Source of the DNA: Candidatus Multivoradales bacterium | GTDB lineage: Bacteria > Acidobacteriota > Thermoanaerobaculia > Multivoradales > Multivoraceae | Length of the DNA stretch: 64,000 nt | Assembly (NCBI GenBank): GCA_965223325.1 | Contig: CBDCWI010000001.1 | Span: 1,632,001 to 1,696,000 of the forward strand | Direction: 5' to 3' | Shown here: positions 30,679 through 42,489 of the stretch, in pieces | Layout of the letters: each line of letters opens with the position of its first letter | How positions within the stretch are numbered: the stretch's first letter is position 1 | Translations under genes and position numbers: made by a program | Notes under the pieces: model-generated | Told to the model about the DNA's origin: nothing | Database searches by the model: none | What the model saw: the letters and a program-made list of their open reading frames with translations, nothing else

Positions 30679-32457
30679 TCAGGGAACACTCTTCGACCAT
30701 CGGTCGACGCCGCCATCCTCAAAACTCCCGCTCCGGAAGACGCCGCCCCACTCGTGTGCCCCGGCGTCGAAGGCCGTGCCCATCGGGCGGTCCCAGAGAT
30801 GAAGATCGTCGCCACCGGAACCTGAAGGGCTGTCACAAAGATCGATCGCTGGAGAGTCGGCTGCAAGACGCTCGTCGCCGACACCTTGGAACCGCGGGTC
30901 GGCTACCAGAGTTTCGACGTGACCCGCCGGCAGTGCCGAGCCGTCACTCACAACATTGCACGCGATCACCGACGAGCCTGAAGGCGACCCGGAGATCAGA
31001 TCTCCCGAGTTGTCCCATTCGATCGAATTCCGCAAGTCGAGGCGACTGCCGTCGCTCACCGAGATGATCTCATCGCCGTTGCGGTGGCCGGTAAGGGTGG
31101 AGCCATCGATGGCGAGTCGGCCTGCCCCTGCGTTCGAGAAGCGAATGACGGGGCCCGAGACTGACTCTGGAGTGTCAGCAACAACCGAGGACGAGAGCGT
31201 CGTGACGGAAGAGCCGATCGCGTAGAGAAAGGCGACGCCTCCTTGCAGCGAGGCTGTGTTCCCGCGCGCCAGGATCCGGCCCAGATACGCCGGCGACTCA
31301 GTCGTATGAATGGCGCCGCCCGAAAGCGCGCTGTTCGAGAACATTTCGACGCACGGACCCACCACAAATCGACAGCCGAAACCGGTGCGGCCCAGTTCGA
31401 CGAGCGCCAGTTCGCCGTAGACCGCACCGCCGTTCGTGGCACCGTTGTTCTCGAAACGCACGCCGTCGAGACTGAGCTCAGCTTCAGTGCCCGAGACCCA
31501 AACGCCGCCGCCGAAGATTTCCGCCGTGTTGGCCGAGAACAAATGGAGCCCGGCAGCTGCCGTCGAAGTCACTCTCGAGGTACCGTGCGCTGCGATGGCA
31601 CCGCCGTCGGTATCCGCCTCATTAGCCATCCATACGTTGGTTCCATCGCCGCTCAGGCCGGTTCCAGGATCGCCATGGTAGATGCGAACATCACAGTCCC
31701 TTGCCAAGATCGCACCACCCCTGTCGGCACTGGTGTTGGATTCGAAGGTCGCACCCTCTAGTTGTAGCGTGCCGCCGCCCGTGCACAGAATGGCTCCACC
31801 CCCGAGACCCATACCGTCCGTGGCGTGGTTGTTGAAGAACCACGAGTCGCGGATTGTAAGGAAGGACTCCTCAGCAGCCACCGCCCCGCCTTCGAGCGAC
31901 TGGTTGTCGACAACCTGCACTCTCTCGAGCAACAGATGGGCTCCCCGGGTCCAGATCGCGGCGCCGGAAGTCGGCAGGCCAGGAACGCCCCGGCCAGAGC
32001 TACCAAAGGAAGAGCGACCCAGGCCAGAGCGACCCAGGCCGGAGCGACCCAGGGGAGAGCGACCGAAAGCCCGCGCCCCTTCGAGCCGCAACTGACTCAG
32101 CTCCAGAACGTTGGCCTCTCCGAGGCTCACGATGCGCCCATCCGCCGGTGCGTTCACGGTGGTCATGGACTCGGTGCGCGTGTGATCGCAAGCGCTGGTA
32201 TAGCCACCGCGAATCTCGAGGCTCCCTCCAATGGTGGCCGTATAGGTAGCGCCCCCCTCGAGCTCGAGCTCATCGAGCGGCTCGGCATCTTCGAGCGCTG
32301 CTGCCAGTGTTGCGTAGTCACACCCCAGGCCAGATCCGACGGTGAGTACAGCCGCCACCCCCGGTCCTGCGCCGAGACCCCCTAGAACGAAGACGAGAGC
32401 AGCGAGCCCGACGCAGGAAGTGAAACGGTTGGCGTTGGCACGGGGTGGGATCGGCAT
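30679..32457 (-). CDS. Secreted beta-helix protein with polymorphic-membrane-protein-type GGAI/FxxN repeats
   Basis: Signal peptide; repeated GGAV/GGAI and FxxN; C-terminal DP.F..L.ADSPAID..DAGAHE. Confidence 0.82.
   Translation of the reverse strand: MPIPPRANANRFTSCVGLAALVFVLGGLGAGPGVAAVLTVGSGLGCDYATLAAALEDAEPLDELELEGGATYTATIGGSLEIRGGYTSACDHTRTESMTTVNAPADGRIVSLGEANVLELSQLRLEGARAFGRSPLGRSGLGRSGLGRSSFGSSGRGVPGLPTSGAAIWTRGAHLLLERVQVVDNQSLEGGAVAAEESFLTIRDSWFFNNHATDGMGLGGGAILCTGGGTLQLEGATFESNTSADRGGAILARDCDVRIYHGDPGTGLSGDGTNVWMANEADTDGGAIAAHGTSRVTSTAAAGLHLFSANTAEIFGGGVWVSGTEAELSLDGVRFENNGATNGGAVYGELALVELGRTGFGCRFVVGPCVEMFSNSALSGGAIHTTESPAYLGRILARGNTASLQGGVAFLYAIGSSVTTLSSSVVADTPESVSGPVIRFSNAGAGRLAIDGSTLTGHRNGDEIISVSDGSRLDLRNSIEWDNSGDLISGSPSGSSVIACNVVSDGSALPAGHVETLVADPRFQGVGDERLAADSPAIDLCDSPSGSGGDDLHLWDRPMGTAFDAGAHEWGGVFRSGSFEDGGVDRWSKSVP
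31996..32070. repeat. In-frame 15-bp tandem repeat (5 degenerate copies) in the beta-helix gene
   Basis: agagcgacccaggcc x2 plus variants; encodes GRSPL-GRSGL-GRSGL-GRSSF. Confidence 0.8.
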
Positions 32458-32880
32458 CGGCAGGAACCTCCAGTGAAGCAGGGAAAGTCGTACGTCGGAC
32501 TCGGCGCAGATTCCACGATGGGGTCGCCCGGGAAGAGGTCCTGGGAGCCTCGGAGCGAGGGCCCCAATCGTGACCAAACCACGTGATCACGGGGAAGTCG
32601 TCGTTTTCGAGCTCGCGACTCAGCACGCGAGAACCCTCTGACCCATTGCTCCCCCTGAGTGAGTGCAGAGTCCACCGCGGAGCTTCCGGCCGCCCGGCAC
32701 CAAGAACGATGCCCGCCGGAGAAATCGAAACATCCGCACTCATAAATATATCATCCGACCGCCAGCGCGCAACCAAGGCAGCGACGTCGCCTCGGGGCTT
32801 CGCCAGGGCCGACCCGCTCCTCAAGTGGGAAGGCAGGGCTACGACTGCGTTCAGGGATGGGCTGGCGCTAGACTGGTCGG

Positions 32881-35781
32881 GTGACCGGCCCCTTCGAACG
32901 CTTTGCGGAGTTGGACGCGCTGCTCGAGCGGGTGCTTGGCCTCGAGCCCGCAAGCAGGCGAGCCTTCTTGGAAGGCATCCGAGGATCCGACGAGCCGCTG
33001 CACTCCGCGTTGCGAAGTCTGCTCCAGGGCAGTGCCCTGGGAACCCTTCCGGCGATTGAGTCCACCAACCGTCTCGAGACCCTAGAACGGGGTGACCTCG
33101 AAGAACTGCTCGAACTGGTCGGCAGGGAGCCCCAGGGTGTCGAGGTGGGCAGGCAGCTGGGACCGTACAAAGTCCGGTCCAGGCTTGGCGCCGGTGGAAT
33201 GGGCGAGGTCTATATGGCGACTGATACGCGCCTTGGACGAGAGGTTGCGATCAAGGTCTTGCCCTCGCGGATCCGAAGCAGCGCGGAGCTGCGCGCACGG
33301 TTCGAACGGGAAGCACGACTGATCTCTCGCCTGACTCACCCCAACATCTGCACCCTTCACGACATCGGTGAGGAAGACGGAGTCGCGTTCCTGGTGATGG
33401 AACGGCTGGTCGGCGAGACGTTGCAAGAGCGCCTTGCTGCCCAGGGCAAGTTGCGACCGCGTGAAGCGCTTCGAGTCGGAGCCGACACCGCGCGTGCCCT
33501 TGCCGCCGCCCATGCAGAGGGTGTCGTTCATCGTGATCTCAAACCCGGCAACTTGTTCCTCACCGAAACTGGCACGAAGCTCCTCGACTTCGGCCTGGCT
33601 CGCTCGGCGCGTGTGCCGCTCGAGTTCACTTCACAGTCTCCAACCGAGGACGAGGCTCTTACGGTAGAAGGAACCATCCTCGGCACGCTGCAGTACATGT
33701 CGCCGGAACAGGTCGAGGGACGCGAGGTCGATGCGCGAAGCGACATCTTCTCGCTTGGTTGTGTGTTGTACGAGATGTTGTGTGGCGAGCGCCCGTTCGA
33801 GGGCGAGACCCCGGCCCGACTGATCACCAGCATCTTGTCTCACGAACCTCAGAGAGTTTCACGGGCCGCCGATGACGTGTACCGGCAGCTGGACCCGCTG
33901 GTCGCCACCTGCCTTTCGAAACGGCCAGAGGAGCGATGGCAGTCGGCGGCCGACCTGGCGCGGCAACTCGAGTTCACGCTCGACTTCCATGACGGAGAGC
34001 AAGACCGGCGCCCGCAGCCAGAAGGTGCTGCGGCGCGCTCCGACCGCCGATCCCACGGTTGGTGGACGACGGGACTCGTTGCAGTGGCGAGCGGCCTCGC
34101 GGTTCTCTTGGGCACGCTCCTCTGGCCGGGCACCGCCAAGGAAGCTGGAACACCAATGGTCTTCGACCTCGAAGTGGATCTCGGCGACGGAGTCGACGAC
34201 CGCTTCCCGGCCTTTGCGATTTCGCCCGACGGCACCCGGGTTGTCGCTCGTCGACAAGCAGGTCTTTTGGGGCAGCTCTACATCCGGCATCTCGATCGCC
34301 CGGGGTGGGAACCCATTGGGCCGGACGATGTCTTTGGCGAGGTGGTGTTCTCGCCCGATGGAGAGTGGTTGCTGACGGGTCTGGGATTCGCCAATCAGCT
34401 GGTCAAGATCCCCGTAGCGGGCGGTCCGACAGTCACTCTCAGGGATGGGCGGGACCTCATGTGGGCCTCATGGCAACATCCTCACGAGATTCTGGTCTCC
34501 GGCTATGGGCAGCCGGTGGTTCGTCTCTCGCCGCAGGGGGAAATCCTGGAGGAAGTCACCGAGCTCGGCGACGATCTCGCTCACCAGGATCCGCAGCTGC
34601 TACCCGGCGGCGACGCCCTGCTCTTTCGTCGCGGGTTCGGAGGGAGGCGCTCGATTGTGGTCAAAGATCTGGCCAGTGGCATCGAGAACACCCTTCTAGA
34701 AGACGCCCGGATTCCGCGACTCGTCCGGGATCGGATCCTGCTCTTCGAGCGCGACGGCACCTTGTGGGCCCAGGAGTTTGACACCAGGTCGCGCTCTCTC
34801 AAGGGTGAGCCAGTGGCCGCGCTCACCGACATTGCCATCGGCGGCAACAACGGAGCCCAGTTCGACGTCTCCAGGACCGGCACGCTGGTCTACCTGCCGC
34901 ACTACGAGCCTACCTATGGCCTCAGCCTGCGGGCTCGTGATGGCCGGCACCTCGAGACCTTCGCGGACATGAACGACACTCGAGAGCTGCGCCTGTCATC
35001 CGACCAGCGGTCCCTGGCGTTCGTTAGGGACTCTGGTGGGACACGTCCTGACGTCTGGGTTCGCGATGTCGAGTCCGGCGTGTCGACGCGTGTGACGACG
35101 ACCGGTGGCGGAGACCCAATGTGGCATCCTGCCGCCGGGAAACTGACGCATATCCAGCTCAAGGACGATCGATGGCGTAGCTACCTGGTCGACCTCACAA
35201 CCTTCGAGACAGAGCAGTTCTACGAGCAGGAGACGTTCCACTATCTGATGGGCTGGGGCAGCAACGACTTCGTTGTCATCGAAGAACCAGGTGCTGGCCA
35301 GGGGCGGGATGTCACACTGCTCGACCCGCAAAGGAAGAAGGTCGAGCTCGCCAACACCGAACACGACGAACGGGACCCCGCCATGTCCTATGACGGACGG
35401 TTCGTGGCCTACTGCTCCAACCTGGCCGGCACGGTAGACGTCTACCTGGCACCGGTGGCCGCCCCCTTGGAAAAGAAACGGGTCACCACCCACGGTGGAA
35501 GCCAGCCGAGGTTCTCGATCCCAGCTCCGGGTGAGCCGCTCGAACTGTTCTTTGTCACCCCGGATGGTTTTCTGAACGCAACGACGCTTCTCGACGAAAA
35601 GGGTAACCACAGTCCACCTGAGAAACTGTTCGCCGTCCCGTTCGCCACAGGTCCGTACGCTCGTTACGAGGTCGCCCCCAACGGCGGCTTCTTCGTGACG
35701 GAGGGTCGGGAGGAGGACTTCGTGCCGAATCTCCGAGTCGTTCTCAATTGGGTGGACCATCTCGAGACCCTGGTCAACTGA
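32881..35781 (+). CDS. Hanks-type Ser/Thr protein kinase with TM helix and TolB/PD40-like propeller repeats
   Basis: GAGGMG, VAIK, HRDLKPGN, DFGLA, GTLQYMSPEQ; then ISPDG, FSPDG, SYDGR repeats and VVLNW end. Confidence 0.93.
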   Translation: MTGPFERFAELDALLERVLGLEPASRRAFLEGIRGSDEPLHSALRSLLQGSALGTLPAIESTNRLETLERGDLEELLELVGREPQGVEVGRQLGPYKVRSRLGAGGMGEVYMATDTRLGREVAIKVLPSRIRSSAELRARFEREARLISRLTHPNICTLHDIGEEDGVAFLVMERLVGETLQERLAAQGKLRPREALRVGADTARALAAAHAEGVVHRDLKPGNLFLTETGTKLLDFGLARSARVPLEFTSQSPTEDEALTVEGTILGTLQYMSPEQVEGREVDARSDIFSLGCVLYEMLCGERPFEGETPARLITSILSHEPQRVSRAADDVYRQLDPLVATCLSKRPEERWQSAADLARQLEFTLDFHDGEQDRRPQPEGAAARSDRRSHGWWTTGLVAVASGLAVLLGTLLWPGTAKEAGTPMVFDLEVDLGDGVDDRFPAFAISPDGTRVVARRQAGLLGQLYIRHLDRPGWEPIGPDDVFGEVVFSPDGEWLLTGLGFANQLVKIPVAGGPTVTLRDGRDLMWASWQHPHEILVSGYGQPVVRLSPQGEILEEVTELGDDLAHQDPQLLPGGDALLFRRGFGGRRSIVVKDLASGIENTLLEDARIPRLVRDRILLFERDGTLWAQEFDTRSRSLKGEPVAALTDIAIGGNNGAQFDVSRTGTLVYLPHYEPTYGLSLRARDGRHLETFADMNDTRELRLSSDQRSLAFVRDSGGTRPDVWVRDVESGVSTRVTTTGGGDPMWHPAAGKLTHIQLKDDRWRSYLVDLTTFETEQFYEQETFHYLMGWGSNDFVVIEEPGAGQGRDVTLLDPQRKKVELANTEHDERDPAMSYDGRFVAYCSNLAGTVDVYLAPVAAPLEKKRVTTHGGSQPRFSIPAPGEPLELFFVTPDGFLNATTLLDEKGNHSPPEKLFAVPFATGPYARYEVAPNGGFFVTEGREEDFVPNLRVVLNWVDHLETLVN

Positions 35782-35951
35782 GGACTTGGCCACCGGCGCG
35801 AGACCGCTGTCGTACAGGACGCGGTGGCACGGTTCTCCGCCCACCGATCAAAACCGCCGCACCTGCCACGCGCCTCGGTGCTCGTGGACCAGCGAGCTAC
35901 GTCGTAGAGACGCCCTCGCCGGGAAACGAATCAACCGGATCCTTGCCGAGA

Positions 35952-37580
<1,629 letters not shown>

Positions 37581-37616
37581 GACGGTTCTCACTTTGCTTC
37601 TACTGAATCGGAGGGG

Positions 37617-38621
37617 CTAGGAGACTTCTTTGGCTTCCATGAAGGGCATCATCGCGCGCAGCCTGCGGCCGACGCTTTCGATCCCGTGGTCGAGCTCGCG
37701 GTCGCGGCGGGCGTTGAAGGTTGGCCGGCCGGCGCGGTTCTCTTCGATCCACAACTTGGCGTAGGTGCCGTCCTGGATGTCCTTCAAGGTCTTGTCGATC
37801 ACCGCCCGCACCTCGTTGGTGATGATCTGGTCGCCAGCGTGGTAGCCACCATGCTCGGCGGTGTCGGAGACCGAGTACCACATGCGCGACAGACCGCCTT
37901 CGTACATCAGGTCGACGATCAACTTGAGCTCGTGTAGGCACTCGAAGTAGGCGACCTCGGGCTGATAGCCGGCTTCAACGAGCTTCTCGAAACCAGCCCG
38001 CACCAGCGCCGCTGCCCCCCCGCACAGAACAACCTGTTCGCCGAACAAGTCGGTTTCGGTTTCTTCGGCAAAGGTCGTCTCAATGACTCCGGCGCGCGTG
38101 CAGCCGATACCTTTGGCGTAGGCGAGGGCGTTCTGGAGCGCCTCGCCCGAGGCGTCCTGATGAACCGCAACCAGGCCCGGGGTACCGGCGCCGTCGACGA
38201 ACACCTCGCGCACACGATGGCCAGGCGACTTCGGCGCCACCAGCGAAACGTCGACCGATTCGGGCGCCTCGATCTCTCCGTAGCGCACGTTGAACCCGTG
38301 CCCGAACATCAGCGTATTGCCCGCTTCGAGATTGGGCTCGATCGACTCTTTGTAGATCTCCGCCTGCATCGTGTCTGGTGCCAACAGCATGACGATCTGT
38401 GCGCGGCGGGCCGCGTCGGCCACATCGGTGACTTCGAAACCATCGGCCTCGGCGGCGGCACGGCTCTTGGAGCCCTCGTGCAAGCCGACGATGACGGTGG
38501 CGCCGCTGTCTTTCAGGTTCAGGGCATGGGCGTGCCCTTGACTGCCGTAGCCAATGACCGCGATGGTCTTGCCATCGAGCCTCGCCAGGTCGGCGTCGTC
38601 GTCGTAGTAGAGGGTTGCCAT
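37617..38621 (-). CDS. ilvC: Ketol-acid reductoisomerase
   Basis: [42 protein letters not shown]. Confidence 0.97.
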   Translation of the reverse strand: MATLYYDDDADLARLDGKTIAVIGYGSQGHAHALNLKDSGATVIVGLHEGSKSRAAAEADGFEVTDVADAARRAQIVMLLAPDTMQAEIYKESIEPNLEAGNTLMFGHGFNVRYGEIEAPESVDVSLVAPKSPGHRVREVFVDGAGTPGLVAVHQDASGEALQNALAYAKGIGCTRAGVIETTFAEETETDLFGEQVVLCGGAAALVRAGFEKLVEAGYQPEVAYFECLHELKLIVDLMYEGGLSRMWYSVSDTAEHGGYHAGDQIITNEVRAVIDKTLKDIQDGTYAKLWIEENRAGRPTFNARRDRELDHGIESVGRRLRAMMPFMEAKEVS

Positions 38622-39193
38622 CAGAGTACGCTCCTGCGGCTGCCGGCCAGAACGCGCTGGGGCTGGTAGCCGTTGTCTTCGAGTGTGTGGCTACCGCGGC
38701 CCATCGCCACGACGCCGGTACGAACCATTTCAACGATTTTGTAGGGCCTCAGAACCTCGGTGAAGTTCTCGATCTTCTCTTCGTTGCCGGTGAGTTCGAG
38801 AATCATCGACTCGCTCGACACGTCAACGATGCGAGCGCGAAAGATGTCACAAAGCTGAGTGATCTCGCGACGCTCGTCGGGAGTGGCTTCGAGCTTGATC
38901 AGCGCCAGATCACGAACCACCGCCGGAACATCGGAGAGGTGCTCGACCTGGATGACGTTTTTCATCTTGTAGAGGTTCTTCTCGACGCGCTCGGCCTCTT
39001 CGAGGGTGCCTTCCATCACCATGGTGATGCGCGAGTAGTCGTCGCTCTGGGTGCGGCCGACGGTCAGGCTGTCGATGTTGAAGGCGCGGCGGCGAAAGAG
39101 ATTCGCCACTCGCACGAGCACCCCGGGCTGGTTCTCGACCAGAGCGGTGATGGTGTGCTTCTTGGTCATTGCGGCAGCGCGTTCACTATTCAT
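38621..39193 (-). CDS. ilvN: Acetolactate synthase small (regulatory) subunit
   Basis: [30 protein letters not shown]. Confidence 0.95.
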   Translation of the reverse strand: MNSERAAAMTKKHTITALVENQPGVLVRVANLFRRRAFNIDSLTVGRTQSDDYSRITMVMEGTLEEAERVEKNLYKMKNVIQVEHLSDVPAVVRDLALIKLEATPDERREITQLCDIFRARIVDVSSESMILELTGNEEKIENFTEVLRPYKIVEMVRTGVVAMGRGSHTLEDNGYQPQRVLAGSRRSVL

Positions 39194-40986
39194 GACGAAG
39201 CTCCTGCCTTCTCGGCTGGCTCAGTCGCATCAACCGCCGGTTCTTGAGCTTTAGAAGCCGCACTCTCGCCGCCTCGCGGGCGCCGAATCATGTCTTCGAG
39301 GTTGGCGCCCGACGGCACCATCGGGTAAACGACGTCTTCCTTGTGAACCACGAACTCGACCACCACCGGCCCGTCTTCGATTGCCTCCGCCCACAGCACT
39401 GCATCTTCGACCTCGGTGCGTGCCTCGACGCGCCGGGTGGGGATTCCGTAGGCCTCGGCCAACTTGCAGAAGTCGGGACTGATCATCGGTGTGGCGTAGT
39501 AGCGCTCGTCGTAGAAGAACTCCTGCCACTGCCTGACCATGCCTAGAAAACCGTTGTTGATGATCGCGATCTTGACGTTGACCTTCTCTTGAACAGCGGT
39601 CGCGAGCTCCATCATGGTCATCTGAAAGCCCCCGTCACCTACGATCGCCCACACGTTCTCATGAGGGCAGCCCATCTTGGCGCCGATCGCCGCCGGAAAG
39701 CCGAACCCCATGGTGCCGAGGCCGCCGCTGGTGATCAGGGTACGCGGGCGGGCGTGCTGGTAGTACTGCGCCTCCCACATTTGATGCTGGCCGACGTCGG
39801 TCACCGTGACCGCTTCGCCACCCGTGATGCGGCAGAGATCGAGAATCACCTGACCCGCCAACAGTCTGTCGTCGCGGTCGCCGGGCACTGGCTCGCCCAC
39901 CGGGCGAATGTGCTCACGATCCTCCGAGTCGGTGCGCCAGGTGGTGAGCCGCTCGGTCCACTCGGCGCTATCTTCGCGCTCGAGCCCCGGCAAGAGCTGC
40001 GTGAGAACCGCTTTGAGATCGCCCACGATACCGACGTCGACCGGTACGTTCTTGTTGATCTCGGAAGGGTCGATGTCGACGTGGATCTTGCGCGATCCAC
40101 GGGCATAGGTCTTGAGGTTGCCGGTCACTCGATCGTCGAACCGCATACCGAAAGCCAGCAGCAGGTCGGCTTCCTGAATCGCTCGATTGACGTGGTAACC
40201 GCCATGCATACCCATCATGCCGAGACACAACGGGTGATGTTCAGAAATGCACCCCTTGCCGAGCAATGTGAGCGCGATCGGCACGTTGGCCTTCTCTGCA
40301 AACTCGCGCAGCTCGTTCATCGCATGGGCCTTGATCACTCCCTGGCCGGCGAGAATCAGCGGCCGCTTGGATTCAGAAACCAGCTCGAGAGCATTGGCGA
40401 CCTGGCTGTCTTCGGCGGTGGCCTGCGGGCGATAGCCGGGCAGGCGGACCGGTTCTTGGGGCCAGACGAAATCGCAGGTGGCGTTCTGGACGTCCTTGGG
40501 GATATCAATCAGCACCGGCCCCGGACGGCCGGTTCTCGCAATGTGGAAGGCCTCTTTGAAAGTCGGCGCCAGGTCCTCGATATGAGTGACCAGGTAGTTG
40601 TGCTTGGTGATTGGCAGCGTGATGCCGCTGATGTCGGTTTCCTGGAAGGCATCGGAACCGATCGCCGCCACCGGCACCTGGCCGGTGATGGCCACGATTG
40701 GAGCCGAATCCATCATCGCCGTCGCCAGGCCAGTGACCAGGTTGGTGGCGCCGGGCCCGCTGGTGGCGATCACCACACCGACCTTGCCGGTCGCACGGGC
40801 GTAGCCGTCGGCCATGTGCGAGGCACCCTGCTCGTGGCGCGTCAACACATGGTGCAGCTGCGGGTAGCGGGTGAGCGCGTCGTAGGTCGGAAGGATGGCG
40901 CCGCCGGGATAACCAAAGAGAAGGTCGACGCCCTCCTCGAGGAGGCACTCGCAGACGATCTCGGCACCGGTGATGTGCTTGGGCAT
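39190..40986 (-). CDS. ilvB: Acetolactate synthase large subunit
   Basis: FGYPGGAILP, RHEQG, TSGPGATN, RFDDRVTG, DVGQHQMW, GDGGFQM. Confidence 0.96.
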   Translation of the reverse strand: MPKHITGAEIVCECLLEEGVDLLFGYPGGAILPTYDALTRYPQLHHVLTRHEQGASHMADGYARATGKVGVVIATSGPGATNLVTGLATAMMDSAPIVAITGQVPVAAIGSDAFQETDISGITLPITKHNYLVTHIEDLAPTFKEAFHIARTGRPGPVLIDIPKDVQNATCDFVWPQEPVRLPGYRPQATAEDSQVANALELVSESKRPLILAGQGVIKAHAMNELREFAEKANVPIALTLLGKGCISEHHPLCLGMMGMHGGYHVNRAIQEADLLLAFGMRFDDRVTGNLKTYARGSRKIHVDIDPSEINKNVPVDVGIVGDLKAVLTQLLPGLEREDSAEWTERLTTWRTDSEDREHIRPVGEPVPGDRDDRLLAGQVILDLCRITGGEAVTVTDVGQHQMWEAQYYQHARPRTLITSGGLGTMGFGFPAAIGAKMGCPHENVWAIVGDGGFQMTMMELATAVQEKVNVKIAIINNGFLGMVRQWQEFFYDERYYATPMISPDFCKLAEAYGIPTRRVEARTEVEDAVLWAEAIEDGPVVVEFVVHKEDVVYPMVPSGANLEDMIRRPRGGESAASKAQEPAVDATEPAEKAGASS

Positions 40987-41023
40987 GACAGTCGTTTCCT
41001 TCCGCTCCGGCCAGTACCTCCTC

Positions 41024-41974
41024 CTACGAGGTGGCAGCGGCCTCCATGGCGGGCACGTGAGTCAGCCAGCCGTACTTGTCTTCGGAGCGCCCCTCGACCA
41101 GGTCGAAGAACACCTTCTGCAAACTTTCGGTCACCGGCCCACGGGTGCCTTTTCCAATCGGTAGACGATCGACCGAACGAATCGCCGAGATCTCGGCCGC
41201 GGTCCCCGTCATGAACATCTCGTCGCCGAGGTAGAGCATGTCGCGGCTGATCGGCGCGAAGGTCACCGTGTAGCCGAGATCGCGCGCCAAGGTGATGACG
41301 GTGTCGCGGGTGATGCCGGCGAGAATCGACGAAGCGATGCCCGGCGTGATGATCTCGTCGCCCAACACCAGGAAGATGTTCTCGCCGGCACCCTCGGTGA
41401 TGTTGCCGTGCTCGTCGAGCAGGATGCCTTCGGCGAAACCGTTCTGGCGCGCCTCGATCGACACGAACTGGCTGGTGACGTACTGGCCGGCAATCTTGCC
41501 GAGCGGCGAGGCGGTGCCGGCATCGAAACGTCGCCAGGAACTGATGGCGACGTCGACTCCCTGCTCGATCGCCTCCTCACCCAGATAACGACCCCACTTG
41601 ACCGCGAACGACATCACTTCGACTGGAGTGTCGAGCGGGTTCAGACCCAGGGTGCCGCCGCCACGGAAAACCAGCGGCCGGATGTAGCAGGAGTCGAGAT
41701 TGTTGCGCGACACCGACTCGATGCAGATCTGTTCGAGCCGTTCCTGGGGATACTCGTCGAGCTCCATGCGCAGGATGCGACTCGAGTCGATGAGCCGCTC
41801 GACATGGGCGCCGAGGCGGAAGATCGCCGGGCCCTCCGCGGTCGAATAGGCGCGAATGCCTTCGAATGCCGCCGAGCCGTAGTGAAGTGCGTGGGTGGTG
41901 ACGTGGACGTTGGCGTCGTCCCAGGCTTTCCACTCACCGTTGAGGAAGATCCAGTCGGTCTTCTCGAGTGCCAT
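41024..41974 (-). CDS. ilvE: Branched-chain amino acid aminotransferase
   Basis: HALHYGSAAFEGIRAY, YIRP, EGAGENIF, LAGITR, GTAAEI. Confidence 0.95.
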   Translation of the reverse strand: MALEKTDWIFLNGEWKAWDDANVHVTTHALHYGSAAFEGIRAYSTAEGPAIFRLGAHVERLIDSSRILRMELDEYPQERLEQICIESVSRNNLDSCYIRPLVFRGGGTLGLNPLDTPVEVMSFAVKWGRYLGEEAIEQGVDVAISSWRRFDAGTASPLGKIAGQYVTSQFVSIEARQNGFAEGILLDEHGNITEGAGENIFLVLGDEIITPGIASSILAGITRDTVITLARDLGYTVTFAPISRDMLYLGDEMFMTGTAAEISAIRSVDRLPIGKGTRGPVTESLQKVFFDLVEGRSEDKYGWLTHVPAMEAAATS

Positions 41975-42106
41975 TTCTGTCTCCGTTTCTTTTCTCTTCG
42001 CTTCTCTTCGCTGCGGCAGCACGGGAGTTCGGCGCCGTGAGCGGTAAGAGGGTTTAGCGCGTGTTGTGTCTCTAGTGTTCGAAGGGCGCCGCCTTGCGAC
42101 CCCCTG

Positions 42107-42141
42107 AAAATCAAAAACCCCCAGCGATCTGCTGGGGGCTT
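42107..42141 (-). terminator. Attenuator terminator of the ilvE-ilvB-ilvN-ilvC-leuA operon
   Basis: Minus strand aagcccccagc-agatc-gctggggg followed by tttttgatttt. Confidence 0.88.
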
Positions 42142-42181
42142 CGTACGATTACCATCTCCGGAGAGTGCCTTACGAAGCCCC
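42135..42181 (-). promoter_or_regulatory. Antiterminator helix of the ilv-leu attenuator
   Basis: Perfect 11-bp complement: 42171-42181 (overlaps the leader stop codon) pairs with 42135-42145 (terminator 5' arm). Confidence 0.8.
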
Positions 42182-42346
42182 TGGCGGCTGAATGCCAAGA
42201 AGACCGACGAGGGCAAGAACGCCGACGACTGCCTGGCCAGCCAGAAGAACTCCACCCTTCTTCTGGGAGCTGGCACCGGCATCGGACAGCACGCCCGGGA
42301 GACCGGCTAGCTGTCTTCTGTCGGCAGGAGAGGAGGTCTTGACCAT
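42170..42346 (-). CDS. ilv-leu operon leader peptide (58 aa)
   Basis: MVKTSS...GGVLLAGQAVVGVLALVGLLGIQPPGAS*; 12 of 20 consecutive codons are Val/Leu/Ile just before the antiterminator. Confidence 0.75.
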   Translation of the reverse strand: MVKTSSPADRRQLAGLPGVLSDAGASSQKKGGVLLAGQAVVGVLALVGLLGIQPPGAS

Positions 42347-42354
42347 GACGGGCG

Positions 42355-42384
42355 AGTGTATCTGCGCGCCAGAAGTCAGGTCAA
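42355..42384 (-). promoter_or_regulatory. Sigma70-type promoter of the ilv-leu leader
   Basis: TTGACC-18 nt-TACACT, 8 nt upstream of the leader ATG. Confidence 0.7.
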
Positions 42385-42489
42385 CCGCCGCCTCTCGTCC
42401 CTCGACTCCCAACGCGCAATCGCCGATCGCAGGAAGCGGCCCTACCCAATGGGGGGAGGCGGGCGCTATCATCCCTTTCCCCTACCCTC

